NCBI GenBank assembly: GCA_964016885.1
Contig: OZ024756.1
Coordinates: forward strand, 4,960,001 to 5,024,000
Direction of reading: 5' to 3'
Source of the DNA: Eledone cirrhosa
Taxonomy: Eukaryota
Length of the DNA: 64,000 nucleotides
A program made the translations under genes and the position numbers. Position 1 is the stretch's first letter. Each line of letters starts with the position of its first letter. The notes under the pieces are model-generated. The model did not search any database, was not told where the DNA came from, and was given only the letters and a program-made list of their open reading frames with translations. Shown here piece after piece: positions 1 through 15,000 of this stretch.

Positions 1-3000
1 TACTGTTGTTGTGAGGTATATTTGATTGTTGGTTCATTGCTATCTCTACTACTGTTGTTGTGAGGTATATTTGATTGTTGGTTCATTGCTATCTCTACTA
101 CTGTTGTGATGTATATTTGATTGTTGGTTCATTGCTATCTCTAGTACTGTTGTTGTCAGGTATATTTGATTGTTGGTTCATTGCTATCTCTACTACTGTT
201 GTTGTGAGGTATATTTGATTGTTAGTTCATTGCTATCTCTACTACTGTTGTTGTGAGGTATATTTGATTGTTGGTTCATTGTTACCTCTACTACTGTTGT
301 TGTGATGTATATTTGATTGTTGGTTCATTGCTATCTCTACTACTGTTATTGTGAGGTATATTTGATTGTTGGTTCATTGCTATCTCTACTACTGTTGTTG
401 TGAGGTATATTTGATTGTTAGTTCATTGCTATCTCTACTACTGTTGTTGTGAGGTATATTTGATTGTTGGTTCATTGCTATCTCTACTACTGTTGTTGTG
501 ATCTATATTTGATTGTTGGTTCATTGCTATCTCTACTACTGTTGTTGTGAGGTATATTTGATTGTTGGTTCATTGCTATCTCTACTACTGTTGTTGTGAT
601 GTATATTTGATTGTTGGTTCATTGCTATCTCTACTACTGTTGTTGTGAGGTATATTTGATTGTTGGTTCATTGCTATCTCTGCTACTGTTGTTGTGAGGT
701 ATATTTGATTGTTGTTTCATTGCTATCTCTAATACTGTTGTTGTGAGGTATATTTGATTGTTGTTTCATTGCTATCTCTAGTACTGTTGTTGTGAGGTAT
801 ATTTGATTGTTGTTTCATTGCTATCTCTAGTGCTGTTGTTGTGATGTATATTTGATTGTTGGTTCATTGCTATCTCTACTACTGTTGTGATGTATATTTA
901 ATTGTTGGTTCATTGCTATCTCTACTACTGTTGTGAGGTATATTTGATTGTTGTTTCATTGCTATCTCTACTACTGTTGTTGTGAGGTATATTTGATTGT
1001 TGTTTCATTGCTATCTCTAGTACTGTTGTTGTGAGGTATATTTGATTGTTGTTTCATTGCTATCTCTAGTGCTGTTGTTGTGATGTATATTTGATTGTTG
1101 GTTTATTGCTATCTCTAGTACTGTTGTTGTGAGGTATATTTGATTGTTGTTTCATTGCTATCTCTAGTACTGTTGTTGTGATGTATATTTGATTGTTGTT
1201 TCATTGCTATCTCTAATACTGTTGTTGTGAGGTATATTTGATTGTTGGTTCATTGCTATCTCTACTACTGTTGTTGTGAGGTATATTTGATTGTTGTTTC
1301 ATTGCTATCTCTACTACAGTTGTTGTGAGGTATATTTGATTGTTGGTTCATTGCTATCTCTACTACTGTTGTTGTGAGGTATATTTGATTGTTGGTTCAT
1401 TGCTATCTCTACTACTGTTGTTGTGAGGTATATTTGATTGTTGGTTCATTGCTATCTCTACTACTGTTGTGATGTATATTTGATTGTTGGTTCATTGCTA
1501 TCTCTACTACTGTTGTTGTGAGGTATATTTGATTGTTGGTTCATTGCTATCTCTACTACTGTTGTTGTGATGTATATTTGATTGTTGGTTCATTGCTATC
1601 TCTAGTACTGTTGTTGTGATGTATATTTGATTGTTGGATCATTGCTATCTCTAGTACTGTTGTTGTGATGTATATTTGATTGTTGGTTCATTGCTATCTC
1701 TACTACTGTTGTTGTGATGTATATTTGATTGTTGGTTCATTGCTATCTCTACTACTGTTGTTGTGATGTATATTTGATTGTTGGTTCATTGCTATCTCTA
1801 CTACTGTTGTTGTGAGGTATATTTGATTGTTGGTTCATTGCTATCTCTACTACTGTTGTTGTGAGGTATATTTGATTGTTGGTTCATTGCTATCTCTACT
1901 ACTGTTGTTGTGAGGTATATTTGATTGTTGGTTCATTGCTATCTCTACTACTGTTGTGATGTATATTTGATTGTTGGTTCATTGCTATCTCTAGTACTGT
2001 TGTTGTCAGGTATATTTGATTGTTGGTTCATTGCTATCTCTACTACTGTTGTTGTGAGGTATATTTGATTGTTAGTTCATTGCTATCTCTACTACTGTTG
2101 TTGTGAGGTATATTTGATTGTTGGTTCATTGTTACCTCTACTACTGTTGTTGTGATGTATATTTGATTGTTGGTTCATTGCTATCTCTACTACTGTTATT
2201 GTGAGGTATATTTGATTGTTCGTTCATTGCTATCTCTACTACTGTTGTTGTGATGTATATTTGATTGTTGGTTCATTGCTGTCTCTACTACTGTTGTTGT
2301 GAGGTATATTTGATTGTTAGTTCATTGCTATCTCTACTACTGTTGTTGTGAGGTATATTTGATTGTTGGTTCATTGCTATCTCTACTACTGTTGTTGTGA
2401 TCTATATTTGATTGTTGGTTCATTGCTATCTCTACTACTGTTGTTGTGAGGTATATTTGATTGTTGGTTCATTGCTATCTCTACTACTGTTGTTGTGATG
2501 TATATTTGATTGTTGGTTCATTGCTATCTCTACTACTGTTGTTGTGAGGTATATTTGATTGTTGGTTCATTGCTATCTCTGCTACTGTTGTTGTGAGGTA
2601 TATTTGATTGTTGTTTCATTGCTATCTCTAATACTGCTGTTGTGAGGTATATTTGATTGTTGTTTCATTGCTATCTCTAATACTGTTGTTGTGAGGTATA
2701 TTTGATTGTTGTTTCATTGCTATCTCTAGTACTGTTGTTGTGAGGTATATTTGATTGTTGTTTCATTGCTATCTCTAGTGCTGTTGTTGTGATGTATATT
2801 TGATTGTTGGTTCATTGCTATCTCTACTACTGTTGTGATGTATATTTGATTGTTGGTTCATTGCTATCTCTACTACTGTTGTGAGGTATATTTGATTGTT
2901 GTTTCATTGCTATCTCTACTACTGTTGTTGTGAGGTATATTTGATTGTTGTTTCATTGCTATCTCTAGTACTGTTGTTGTGAGGTATATTTGATTGTTGT

Positions 3001-6000
3001 TTCATTGCTATCTCTAGTGCTGTTGTTGTGAGGTATATTTGATTGTTGGTTTATTGCTATCTCTAGTACTGTTGTTGTGAGGTATATTTGATTGTTGTTT
3101 CATTGCTATCTCTAGTACTGTTGTTGTGAGGTATATTTGATTGTTGTTTCATTGCTATCTCTACTACTGTTGTTGTGAGGTATATTTGATTGTTGGTTCA
3201 TTGCTATCTCTACTACTGTTGTGATGTAGTTCATTGCTATCTCTACTACTGTTGTTGTGAGGTATATTTGATTGTTGGTTCATTGCTATCTCTACTACTG
3301 TTGTTGTGATGTATATTTGATTGTTGGTTCATTGCTATGTCTAGTACTGTTGTTGTGATGTATATTTGATTGTTGGTTCATTGCTATCTCTAGTACTGTT
3401 GTTGTGATGTATATTTGATTGTTGTTTCATTGCTATCTCTAGTACTGTTGTTGTGATGTATATTTGATTGTTGGTTCATTGCTATCTCTACTACTGTTGT
3501 TGTGAGGTATATTTGATTGTTGTTTCATTGTTATCTCTACTACTGTTGTTGTGATGTATATTTGATTGTTGGTTCATTGCTATCTCTAGTACTGTTGTTG
3601 TGAGGTATATTTGATTGTTGGTTCATTGCTATCTCTACTACTGTTGTTGTGATGTATATTTGATTGTTTAGTTCATTGCTATCTCTACTACTGTTGTTGT
3701 GATGTATATTTGATTGTTTGTTCATTGCTATCTCTACTACTGTTGTTGTGATGTATATTTGATTGTTAGTTCATTGCTATCTCTACTACTGTTGTTGTGA
3801 TGTATATTTGATTGTTAGTTCATAGCTATCTCTAGTACTGTTGTTGTGATGTATATTTGATTGTTTGTTCATTGCTATCTCTACTACTGTTGTTGTGATG
3901 TATATTTGATTGTTAGTTCATTGCTATCTCTACTACTGTTGTTGTGATGTATATTTGATTGTTGGTTCATTGCTATCTCTAGTACTGTTGTTGTGATGTA
4001 TATTTGATTGTTGGTTCATTGCTATCTTTAGTACTGTTGTTGTGATGTATATTTGATTGTTGGTTCATTGCTATCTCTAGTACTGTTGTTGTGATGTATA
4101 TTTGATTGTTGGTTCATTGCTATCTCTACTACTGTTGTTGTGAGGTATATTTGATTGTTGGTTCATTGCTATCTCTACTACTGTTGTTGAGATGTATATT
4201 TGATTGTTAGTTCATTGCTATCTCTACTAATGTTGTTGCGATGTATATTTGATTGTTGGTTCCTTGCTATCTCTACTACTGTTGTTGTGATGTATATTTG
4301 ATTGTTAGTTCATTGCTATCTCTACTACTGTTGTTGTGAGGTATATTTGATTGTTGGTTCATTGCTATCTCTACTACTGTTGTTGTGATGTATATTTGAT
4401 TGTTAGTTCATTGCTATCTCTACTACTGTTGTTGTGATGTATATTTGATTGTTAGTTCATTGCTATCTCTACTACTGTTGTTGTGAGGTATATTTGATTG
4501 TTGGTTCATTGCTATCTCTACTACTGCTGTTGTGAGGTATATTTGATTGTTGTTTCATTGCTATCTCTACTACTGTTGTTGTGAGGTATATTTGATTGTT
4601 GTTTCATTGCTATCTCTACTACTGTTGTTGTGAGGTATATTTGATTGTTGTTTCATTGCTATCTCTACTACTGTTGTTGTGAGGTATATTTGATTGTTGT
4701 TTCATTACTATCTCTACTACTGTTGTTGTGAGGTATATTTGATTGTTGTTTCATTGCTATCTCTACTACTGTTGTTGTGAGGTATATTTGATTGTTGTTT
4801 CATTACTATCTCTACTACTGTTGTTGTGAGGTATATTTGATCGTTGTTTCATTGCTATCTCTACTACTGTTGTTGTGAGGTATATTGATTGTTAGTTCAT
4901 TGCTATCTCTACTACTGTTGTTGTGAGGTATATTTGATTGTTGGTTCATTGCTATCTCTACTACTGTTGTTGTGATGTATATTTGATTGTTAGTTCATTG
5001 CTATCTCTACTACTGTCGTTGTGAGGTATATTTGATTGTTGGTTCATTGCTATCTCTACTACTGTTGTTGTGATGTATATTTGATTGTTAGTTCATTGCT
5101 ATCTCTACTACTGTTGTTGTGAGGTATATTTGATTGTTGGTTCATTGCTATCTCTACTACTGTTGTTGTGATGTATATTTGATTGTTAGTTCATTGCTAT
5201 CTCTACTTCTGTTGTTGTGAGGTATATTTGATTGTTGGTTCATTGCTATCTCTACTACTGTTGTTGAGATGTATATTTGATTGTTAGTTCATTTCTATCT
5301 CTACTAATGTTGTTGCGATGTATATTTGATTGTTGGTTCATAGCTATCTCTACTACTGTTGTTGTGATGTATATTTGATTGTTAGTTCATTGCTATCTCT
5401 ACTACTGTTGTTGTGAGGTATATTTGATTGTTGGTTCATTGCTATCTCTACTACTGTTGTTGTGATGTATATTTGATTGTTAGTTCATTGCTATCTCTAC
5501 TACTGTTCTTGTGAGGTATATTTGATTGTTGGTTCATTGTTATCTCTGCTACTGTTGTTGTGATGTATATTTGATTGTTAGTTCATTGTTATCTCTACTA
5601 CTGTTGTTGTGAGGTATATTTGATTGTTTGTTCATTGCTATCTCTACTACTGTTGTTGTGAGGTATATTTGATTGTTGGTTCATTGCTATCTCTACTACT
5701 GTTGTTGTGATGTATATTTGATTGTTAGTTCATTGCTATCTCTACTACTGTTGTTGTGAAGTATATTTGATTGTTGGTTCATTGCTATCTCTACTACTGT
5801 TGTTGTGAGGTATATTTGATTGTTGTTTCATTGCTATCTCTACTACTGTTGTTGTGAGGTATATTTGATTGTTGGTTCATTGCTATCTCTACTACTGTTG
5901 TTGTGATGTATATTTGATTGTTGGTTCATTGCTATCTCTACTACTGTTGTTGTGATGTATATTTGATTGTTAGTTCATTGCTATCTCTACTACTGTTGTT

Positions 6001-9000
6001 GTGAGGTATATTTGATTGTTGGTTCATTGCTATCTCTACTACTGTTGTTGTGAGGTATATTTGATTGTTGTTTCATTGCTATCTCTACTACTGTTGTTGT
6101 GAGGTATATTTGATTGTTGTTTCATTGCTATCTCTACTACTGTTGTTGTGAGGTATACTTGATTGTTGTTTCATTGCTATCTCTACTACTGTTGTTGTGA
6201 GGTATATTTGATTGTTGTTTCATTACTATCTCTACTACTGTTGTTGTGAGGTATATTTGTTTGTTGTTTCATTGCTATCTCCACTACTGTTGTTGTGAGG
6301 TATATTTGATTGTTGGTTCATTGCTATCTCTACTATTGTTGTTGTGAGGTATATTTGATTGTTGTTTCATTGCTATCTCTACTACTGTTGTTGTGAGGTA
6401 TATTTGATTGTTTGTTCATTGCTATCTCTACTACTGTTGTTGTGATGTATATTTGATTGTTAGATCATTGCTATCTCTACTACTGTTGTTGTGAGGTATA
6501 TTTGATTGTTGGTTCATTGCTATCTCTACTACTGTTGTTGTGAGGTATATTTGATTGTTGTTTCATTGCTATCTCTACTACTGTTGTTGTGAGGTATATT
6601 TGATTGTTGTTTCATTGCTATCTCTACTACTGTTGTTGTGAGGTATATTTGATTGTTGTTTCATTGCTATCTCTACTACTGTTGTTCTGAGGTATATTTG
6701 ATTGTTGTTTCATTACTATCTCTACTACTGTTGTTGTGAGGTATATTTGATTGTTGTTTCATTGCTATCTCTACTACTGTTGTTGTGAGGTATATTTGAT
6801 TGTTGTTTCATTACTATCTCTACTACTGTTGTTGTGAGGTATATTTGATCGTTGTTTCATTGCTATCTCTACTACTGTTGTTGTGAGGTATATTTGATTG
6901 TTAGTTCATTGCTATCTCTACTACTGTTGTTGTGAGGTATATTTGATTTTTGGTTCATTGATATCTCTACTACTGTTGTTGTGATGTATATTTGATTGTT
7001 AGTTCAATGCTATCTCTACTTCTGTTGTTGTGAGGTATATTTGATTGTTGGTTCATTGCTATCTCTACTACTGTTGTTGAGATGTATATTTGATTGTTAG
7101 TTCATTGCTATCTCTACTAATGTTGTTGCGATGTATATTTGATTGTTGGTTCATTGCTATCTCTACTACTGTTGTTGTGATGTATATTTGATTGTTAGTT
7201 CATTGTTATCTCTACTACTGTTGTTGTGAGGTATATTTGATTGTTGGTTCATTGCTATCTCTACTACTGTTGTTCTGATTGTTATTTGATTGTTAGTTCA
7301 TTGCTATCTCTACTACTGTTCTTGTGAGGTATATTTGATTGTTGGTTCATTGTTATCTCTGCTACTGTTGTTGTGATGTATATTTGATTGTTAGTTCATT
7401 GCTATCTCTACTACTGTTGTTGTGAGGTATATTTGATTGTTTGTTCATTGCTATCTCTACTACTGTTGTTGTGATGTATATTTGATTGTTGGTTCATTGC
7501 TATCTCTGCTACTGTTGTTGTGATGTATATTTGATTGTTAGTTCATTGCTATCTCTACTACTGTTGTTGTGAGGTATATTTGATTGTTTGTTCATTGCTA
7601 TCTCTACTACTGTTGTTGTGAGGTATATTTGATTGTTGGTTCATTGCTATCTCTACTACTGTTGTTGTGTGATATATTTGATTGTTGGTTCATTGCTATC
7701 TCTACTACTGTTGTGAGGTATATTTGATTGTTGGTTCATTGCTATCTCTACTACTGTTGTTGTGATGTATATTTGATTGTTAGTTCATTGCTATCTCTAC
7801 TACTGTTGTTGTGATGTATATTTGATTGTTAGTTCATTGCTATCTCTACTACTGTTGTTGTGATGTATATTTGATTGTTGGTTCATTGCTATCTCTAGTA
7901 CTGTTGTTGTGAGGTATATTTGATTGTTGGTTCATTGTTATCTCTGCTACTGTTGTTGTGATGTATATTTGATTGTTAGTTCATTGCTATCTCTACTACT
8001 GTTGTTGTGATGTATATTTGATTGTTAGTTCATTGCTATCTCTACTACTGTTGTTGTGAGGTATATTTGATTGTTGGTTCATTGCTATCTCTACTACTGT
8101 TGTTGTGATGTATATTTGATTGTTAGTTCATTGCTATCTCTACTACTGTTGTGAGGTATATTTGATTGTTGGTTCATTGCTATCTCTACTACTGTTGTTG
8201 TGAGGTATATTTGATTGTTGTTTCATTGCTATCTCTACTACTGTTGTTGTGAGGTATATTTGATTGTTGGTTCATTGCTATCTCTACTACTGTTGTTGTG
8301 ATGTATATTTGATTGTTAGTTCATTGCCATCTCTACTACTGTTGTTGTGAGGTATATTTGATTGTTGGTTCATTGCTATCTCTACTACTGTTGTTGTGAG
8401 GTATATTTGATTGTTGTTTCATTGCTATCTCTACTACTGTTGTTGTGAGGTATATTTGATTGTTGTTTCATTGCTATCTCTACTACTGTTGTTGTGAGGT
8501 ATATTTGATTGTTGTTTCATTGCTATCTCTACTACTGTTGTTGTGAGGTATATTTGATTGTTGTTTCATTACTATCTCTACTACTGTTGTTGTGAGGTAT
8601 ATTTGATTGTTGTTTCATTGCTATCTCTACTACTGTTGTTGTGAGGTATATTTGATTGTTGTTTCATTACTATCTCTACTACTGTTGTTGTGAGGTATAT
8701 TTGATTGTTGTTTCATTGCTATCTCTACTACTGTTGTTGTGAGGTATATTTGATTGTTAGTTCATTGTTATCTCTACTACTGTTGTTGTGAGGTATATTT
8801 GATTGTTGGTTCATTGCTATCTCTACTACTGTTGTTGTGATGTATATTTGATTGTTAGTTCATTGCTATCTCTACTACTGTCGTTGTGAGGTATATTTGA
8901 TTGTTGGTTCATTGCTATCTCTACTACTGTTGTTGTGATGTATATTTGATTGTTAGTTCATTGCTATCTCTACTACTGTTGTTGTGAGGTATATTTGATT

Positions 9001-12000
9001 GTTGGTTCATTGCTATCTCTACTACTGTTGTTGTGATGTATATTTGATTGTTAGTTCATTGCTATCTCTACTTCTGTTGTTGTGAGGTATATTTCATTGT
9101 TGGTTCATTGCTATCTCTACTACTGTTGTTATGATGTATATTTGATTGTTAGTTCATTGCTATCTCTACTAATGTTGTTGCGATGTATATTTGATTGTTG
9201 GTTCATTGCTATCTCTACTACTGTTGTTGTGATGTATATTTGATTGTTAGTTCATTGCTATCTCTACTACTGTTGTTGTGAGGTATATTTGATTGTTGGT
9301 TCATTGCTATCTCTACTACTGTTGTTGTGATGTATATTTGATTGTTAGTTCATTGCTATCTCTACTACTGTTCTTGTGAGGTATATTTGATTGTTGGTTC
9401 ATTGTTATCTCTGCTACTGTTGTTGTGATGTATATTTGATTGTTAGTTCATTGCTATCTCTACTACTGTTGTTGTGAGGTATATTTAATTGTTTGTTCAT
9501 TGCTATCTCTACTACTGTTGTTGTGATGTATATTTGATTGTTGATTCATTGCTATCTCTACTACTGTTGTTGTGATGTATATTTGATTGTTGGTTCATTG
9601 CTATCTCTGCTACTGTTGTTGTGATGTATATTTGATTGTTAGTTCATTGCTATCTCTACTACTGTTGTTGTGAGGTATATTTGATTGTTTGTTCATTGCT
9701 ATCTCTACTACTGTTGTTGTGAGGTATATTTGATTGTCGGTTCATTGCTATCTCTACTACTGTTGTTGTGTGGTATATTTGATTGTTGGTTCATTGCTAT
9801 CTCTACTACTGTTGTGAGGTATATTTGATTGTTGGTTCATTGCTATCTCTAATACTGTTGTTGTGATGTATATTTGATTGTTAGTTTATTGCTATCTCTA
9901 CTACTGTTGTTGTGATGTATATTTGATTGTTAGTTCATTGCTATCTCTACTACTGTTGTTGTGATGTATATTTGATTGTTGGTTCATTGCTATCTCTAGT
10001 ACTGTTGTTGTGAGGTATATTTGATTGTTGGTTCATTGTTATCTCTGCTACTGTTGTTGTGATGTATATTTGATTGTTAGTTCATTGCTATCTCTACTAC
10101 TGTTGTTGTGATGTATATTTGATTGTTAGTTCATTGCTATATCTACTACTGTTGTTGTGAGGTATATTTGATTGTTGTTTCATTGCTATCTCTACTACTG
10201 TTGTTGTGAGGTATATTTGATTGTTTGTTCATTGCTATCTCTACTACTGTTGTTGTGATGTATATTTGATTGTTTGTTCATTGCTATCTCTAGTACTGTT
10301 GTTGTGATGTATATTTGATTGTTGGTTCATTGCTATCTCTACTACTGTTGTTGTGATGTATATTTGATTGTTGGTTCATTGCTATCTCTACTACTGTTGT
10401 TGTGATGTATATTTGATTGTTGGTTCATTGCTATCTCTAGTACTGTTGTTGTGAGGTATATTTGATTGTTGGTTCATTGCTATCTCTACTACTGTTGTTG
10501 TGAGGTATATTTGATTGTTAGTTCATTGCTATCTCTACTACTATTGTTGTGATGTATATTTGATTGTTAGTTCATTGCTATCTCTAGTACTGTTGTTGTG
10601 AGGTATATTTGATTGTTGGTTCATTGCTATCTCTACTACTGTTGTTGTGTGGTATATTTGATTGTTGGTTCATTGCTATCTCTACTACTGTTGTGAGGTA
10701 TATTTGATTGTTGGTTCATTGCTATCTCTAATACTGTTGTTGTGATGTATATTTGATTGTTAGTTCATTGCTATCTCTACTACTGTTGTTGTGATGTATA
10801 TTTGATTGTTGGTTCATTGCTATCTCTAGTACTGTTGTTGTGAGGTATATTTGATTGTTGGTTCATTGCTATCTCTACTACTGTTGTTGTGAGGTATATA
10901 TGATTGTTGGTTCATTGCTATCTCTACTAGTGTTGTTGTGATGTATATTTGATTGTTGGTTCATTGCTATCTCTGCTACTGTTGTTGTGATGTATATTTG
11001 ATTGTTAGTTCATTGCTATCTCTACTACTGTTGTTGTTAGGTATATTTGATTGTTGTTTCATTGCTATCTCTACTACTGTTGTTGTGATGTATATTTGAT
11101 TGTTGGTTCATTGCTATCTCTACTACTGTTGTTGTGATGTATATTTGACTGTTGGTTCATTGCTATCTCTGCTACTGTTGTTGTGATGTATATTTGATTG
11201 TTAGTTCATTGCTATCTCTATTACTGTTGTTGTGAGGTATATTTGATTGTTGGTTCATTGCTATCTCTACTACTGTTGTTGTGAGGTATATTTGATTGTT
11301 GGTTCATTGCTATCTCTACTACTGTTGTTGTGATGTATATTTGACTGTTGGTTCATTGCTATCTCTAGTACTGTTGTTGTGATGTATATTTGATTGTTGG
11401 TTCATTGCTATCTCTAGTACTGTTGTTGTGAGGTATATTTGATTGTTGGTTCATTGCTATCTCTAGTACTGTTGTTGTGATGTATATTTGATTGTTGGTT
11501 CATTGCTATCTCTACTACTGTTGTTGTGATGTATATTTGATAGTTGGTTCATTGCTATCTCTAGTACTGTTGTTGTGAGGTATATTTGATTGTTGGTTCA
11601 TTGCTATCTCTAGTACTGTTTTTGTGATGTATATTTGATTGTTGGTTCATTGCTATCTCTACTACTGTTGTTGTGATGTATATTTGATTGTTAGTTCATT
11701 GCTATCTCTACTACTGTTGTTGTGAGGTATATTTGATTGTTGGTTCATTGCTATCTCTAGTACTGTTGTTGTGATGTATATTTGATTGTTGGTTCATTGC
11801 TATCTCTACTATTGTTGTTGTGATGTATATTTGATTGTTGGTTTATTGCTATCTCTACTACTGTTGTTGTGATGTATATTTGATTGTTGGTTCATTGCTA
11901 TCTCTACTACTGTTGTTGTGAGGTATATTTGATTGTTGGTTCATTGCTATCTCTACTACTGTTGTTGTGATGTATATTTGATTGTTGGTTCATTGCTATC

Positions 12001-15000
12001 TCTACTACTGTTGTTGTGATGTATATTTGATTGTTGGTTCATTGCTATCTCTGCTACTGTTGTTGTGATGTATATTTGATTGTTGGTTCATTGCTATCTC
12101 TACTACTGTTGTTGTGATGTATATTTTATTGTTGGTTTATTGCTATCTCTACTACTGTTGTTGTGATGTATATTTGATTGTTGGTTCATTGCTATCTCTG
12201 CTACTGTTGTTGTGATGTATATTTGATTGTTGGTTCATTGCTATCTCTACTACTGTTGTTGTGAGGTATATTTGATTGTTGGTTCATTGTTATCTCTACT
12301 ACTGTTGTTGTGATGTATATTTGATTGTTGGTTCATTGTTATCTCTACTACTGTTGTTGTGATGTATATTTGATTGTTGGTTCATTGCTATCTCTACTAC
12401 TGTTGTTGTGAGGTATATTTGATTGTTGGTTCATTGTTATCTCTACTACTGTTGTTGTGATGTATATTTGATTGTTGGTTCATTGCTATCTCTACTACTG
12501 TTGTTGTGAGGTATATTTGATTGTTAGTTCATTGCTATCTCTACTACTGTTGTTGTGATGTATATTTGATTGTTAGTTCATTGCTATCTCTACTACTGTT
12601 GTTATGATGTATATTTGATTGTTGGTTCATTGCTATCTCTACTACTGTTGTTGTGATGTATATTTGATTGTTGGTTCATTGCTATCTCTAGTACTGTTGT
12701 TGTGATGTATATTTGATTGTTGGTTCATTGCTATCTCTAGTACTGTTGTTGTGAGGTATATTTGATTGTTGGTTCATTGCTACCTCTAGTACTGTTGTTG
12801 TGAGGTATATTTGATTGTTGGTTCATTGCTATCTCTACTACTGTTGTTGTGATGTACATTTGATTGTTGGTTCATTGCTATCTCTACTACTGTTGTTGTG
12901 ATGTATATTTGATTGTTGGTTCATTGCTATCTCTAGTACTGTTGTTGTGATGTATATTTGATTGTTGGTTCATTGCTACCTCTAGTACTGTTGTTGTGAT
13001 GTATATTTGATTGTTGGTTCATTGCTATCTCTACTACTGTTGTTGTGACGTATATTTGATTGTTAGTTCATTGCTATCTCTAGTACTGTTGTTGTGATGT
13101 ATATTTCATTGTTAGTTCATTGCTATCTCTAGTACTGTTGTTGTGAGGTATATTTGATTGTTGGTTCATTGCTATCTCTACTACGGTTGTTGTGAGGTAT
13201 ATTTGATTGTTGGTTCATTGTTATCTCTGCTACTGTTGTTGTGATGTATATTTGATTGTTAGTTCATTGCTATCTCTACTACTGTTGTTGTGAGGTATAT
13301 TTGATTGTTGGTTCATTGTTATCTCTGCTACTGTTGTTGTGATGTATATTTGATTGTTAGTTCATTGCTATCTCTACTACTGTTGTTGTTAGGTATATTT
13401 GATTGTTGTTTCATTGCTATCTCTACTACTGTTGTTGTGATGTATATTTGATTGTTGGTTCATTGCTATCTCTACTACTGTTGTTGTGATGTATATTTGA
13501 CTGTTGGTTCATTGCTATCTCTGCTACTCTTGTTGTGATGTATATTTGATTGTTAGTTCATTGCTATCTCTACTACTGTTGTTGTGAGGTATATTTGATT
13601 GTTGGTTCATTGCTATCTCTACTACTGTTGTTGTGAGGTATATTTGATTGTTGGTTCATTGCTATCTCTACTACTGTTGTTGTGATGTATATTTGACTGT
13701 TGGTTCATTGCTATCTCTACTACTGTTGTTGTGATGTATATTTGATTGTTAGTTCATTGCTATCTCTACTACTGTTGTTGTGAGGTATATTTGATTGTTG
13801 GTTCATTGTTATCTCTGCTACTGTTGTTGTGATGTATATTTGATTGTTAGTTCATTGCTATCTCTACTACTGTTGTTGTGAGGTATATTTGATTGTTGGT
13901 TCATTGCTATCTCTACTACTGTTGTTGTGAGGTATATTTGATTGTTAGTTCATTGCTATCTCTAGTACTGTTGTTGTGAGGTATATTTGATTGTTGGTTC
14001 ATTGTTATCTCTGCTACTGTTGTTGTGATGTATATTTGATTGTTAGTTCATTGCTATCTCTACTACTGTTGTTGTTAGGTATATTTGATTGTTGTTTCAT
14101 TGCTATCTCTACTACTGTTGTTGTGATGTATATTTGATTGTTGGTTCATTGCTATCTCTACTACTGTTGTTGTGATGTATATTTGACTGTTGGTTCATTG
14201 CTATCTCTGCTACTGTTGTTGTGATGTATATTTGATTGTTAGTTCATTGCTATCTCTACTACTGTTTTTGTGAGGTATATTTGATTGTTGGTTCATTGCT
14301 ATCTCTACTACTGTTGTTGTGAGGTATATTTGATTGTTGGTTCATTGCTATCTCTACTACTGTTGTTGTGATGTATATTTGACTGTTGGTTCATTGCTAT
14401 CTCTACTACTGTTGTTGTGATGTATATTTGATTGTTAGTTCATTGCTATCTCTACTACTGTTGTTGTGAGGTATATTTGATTGTTGGTTCATTGTTATCT
14501 CTGCTACTGTTGTTGTGATGTATATTTGATTGTTAGTTCATTGCTATCTCTACTACTGTTGTTGTGAGGTATATTTGATTGTTGGTTCATTGCTATCTCT
14601 ACTACTGTTGTTGTGATGTATATTTGGTTGTTGGTTCATTGCTATCTCTAGTACTGTTGTTGTGATGTATATTTGATTGTTGGTTCATTGCTATCTCTAG
14701 TACTGTTGTTGTGAGGTATATTTGATTGTTGGTTCATTGCTATCTCTAGTACTGTTGTTGTGATGTATATTTGATTGTTGGTTCATTGCTATCTCTACTA
14801 CTGTTGTTGTGATGTATATTTGATAGTTGGTTCATTGCTATCTCTAGTACTGTTGTTGTGAGGTATATTTGATTGTTGGTTCATTGCTATCTCTAGTACT
14901 GTTTTTGTGATGTATATTTGATTGTTGGTTCATTGCTATCTCTACTACTGTTGTTGTGATGTATATTTGATTGTTAGTTCATTGCTATCTCTACTACTGT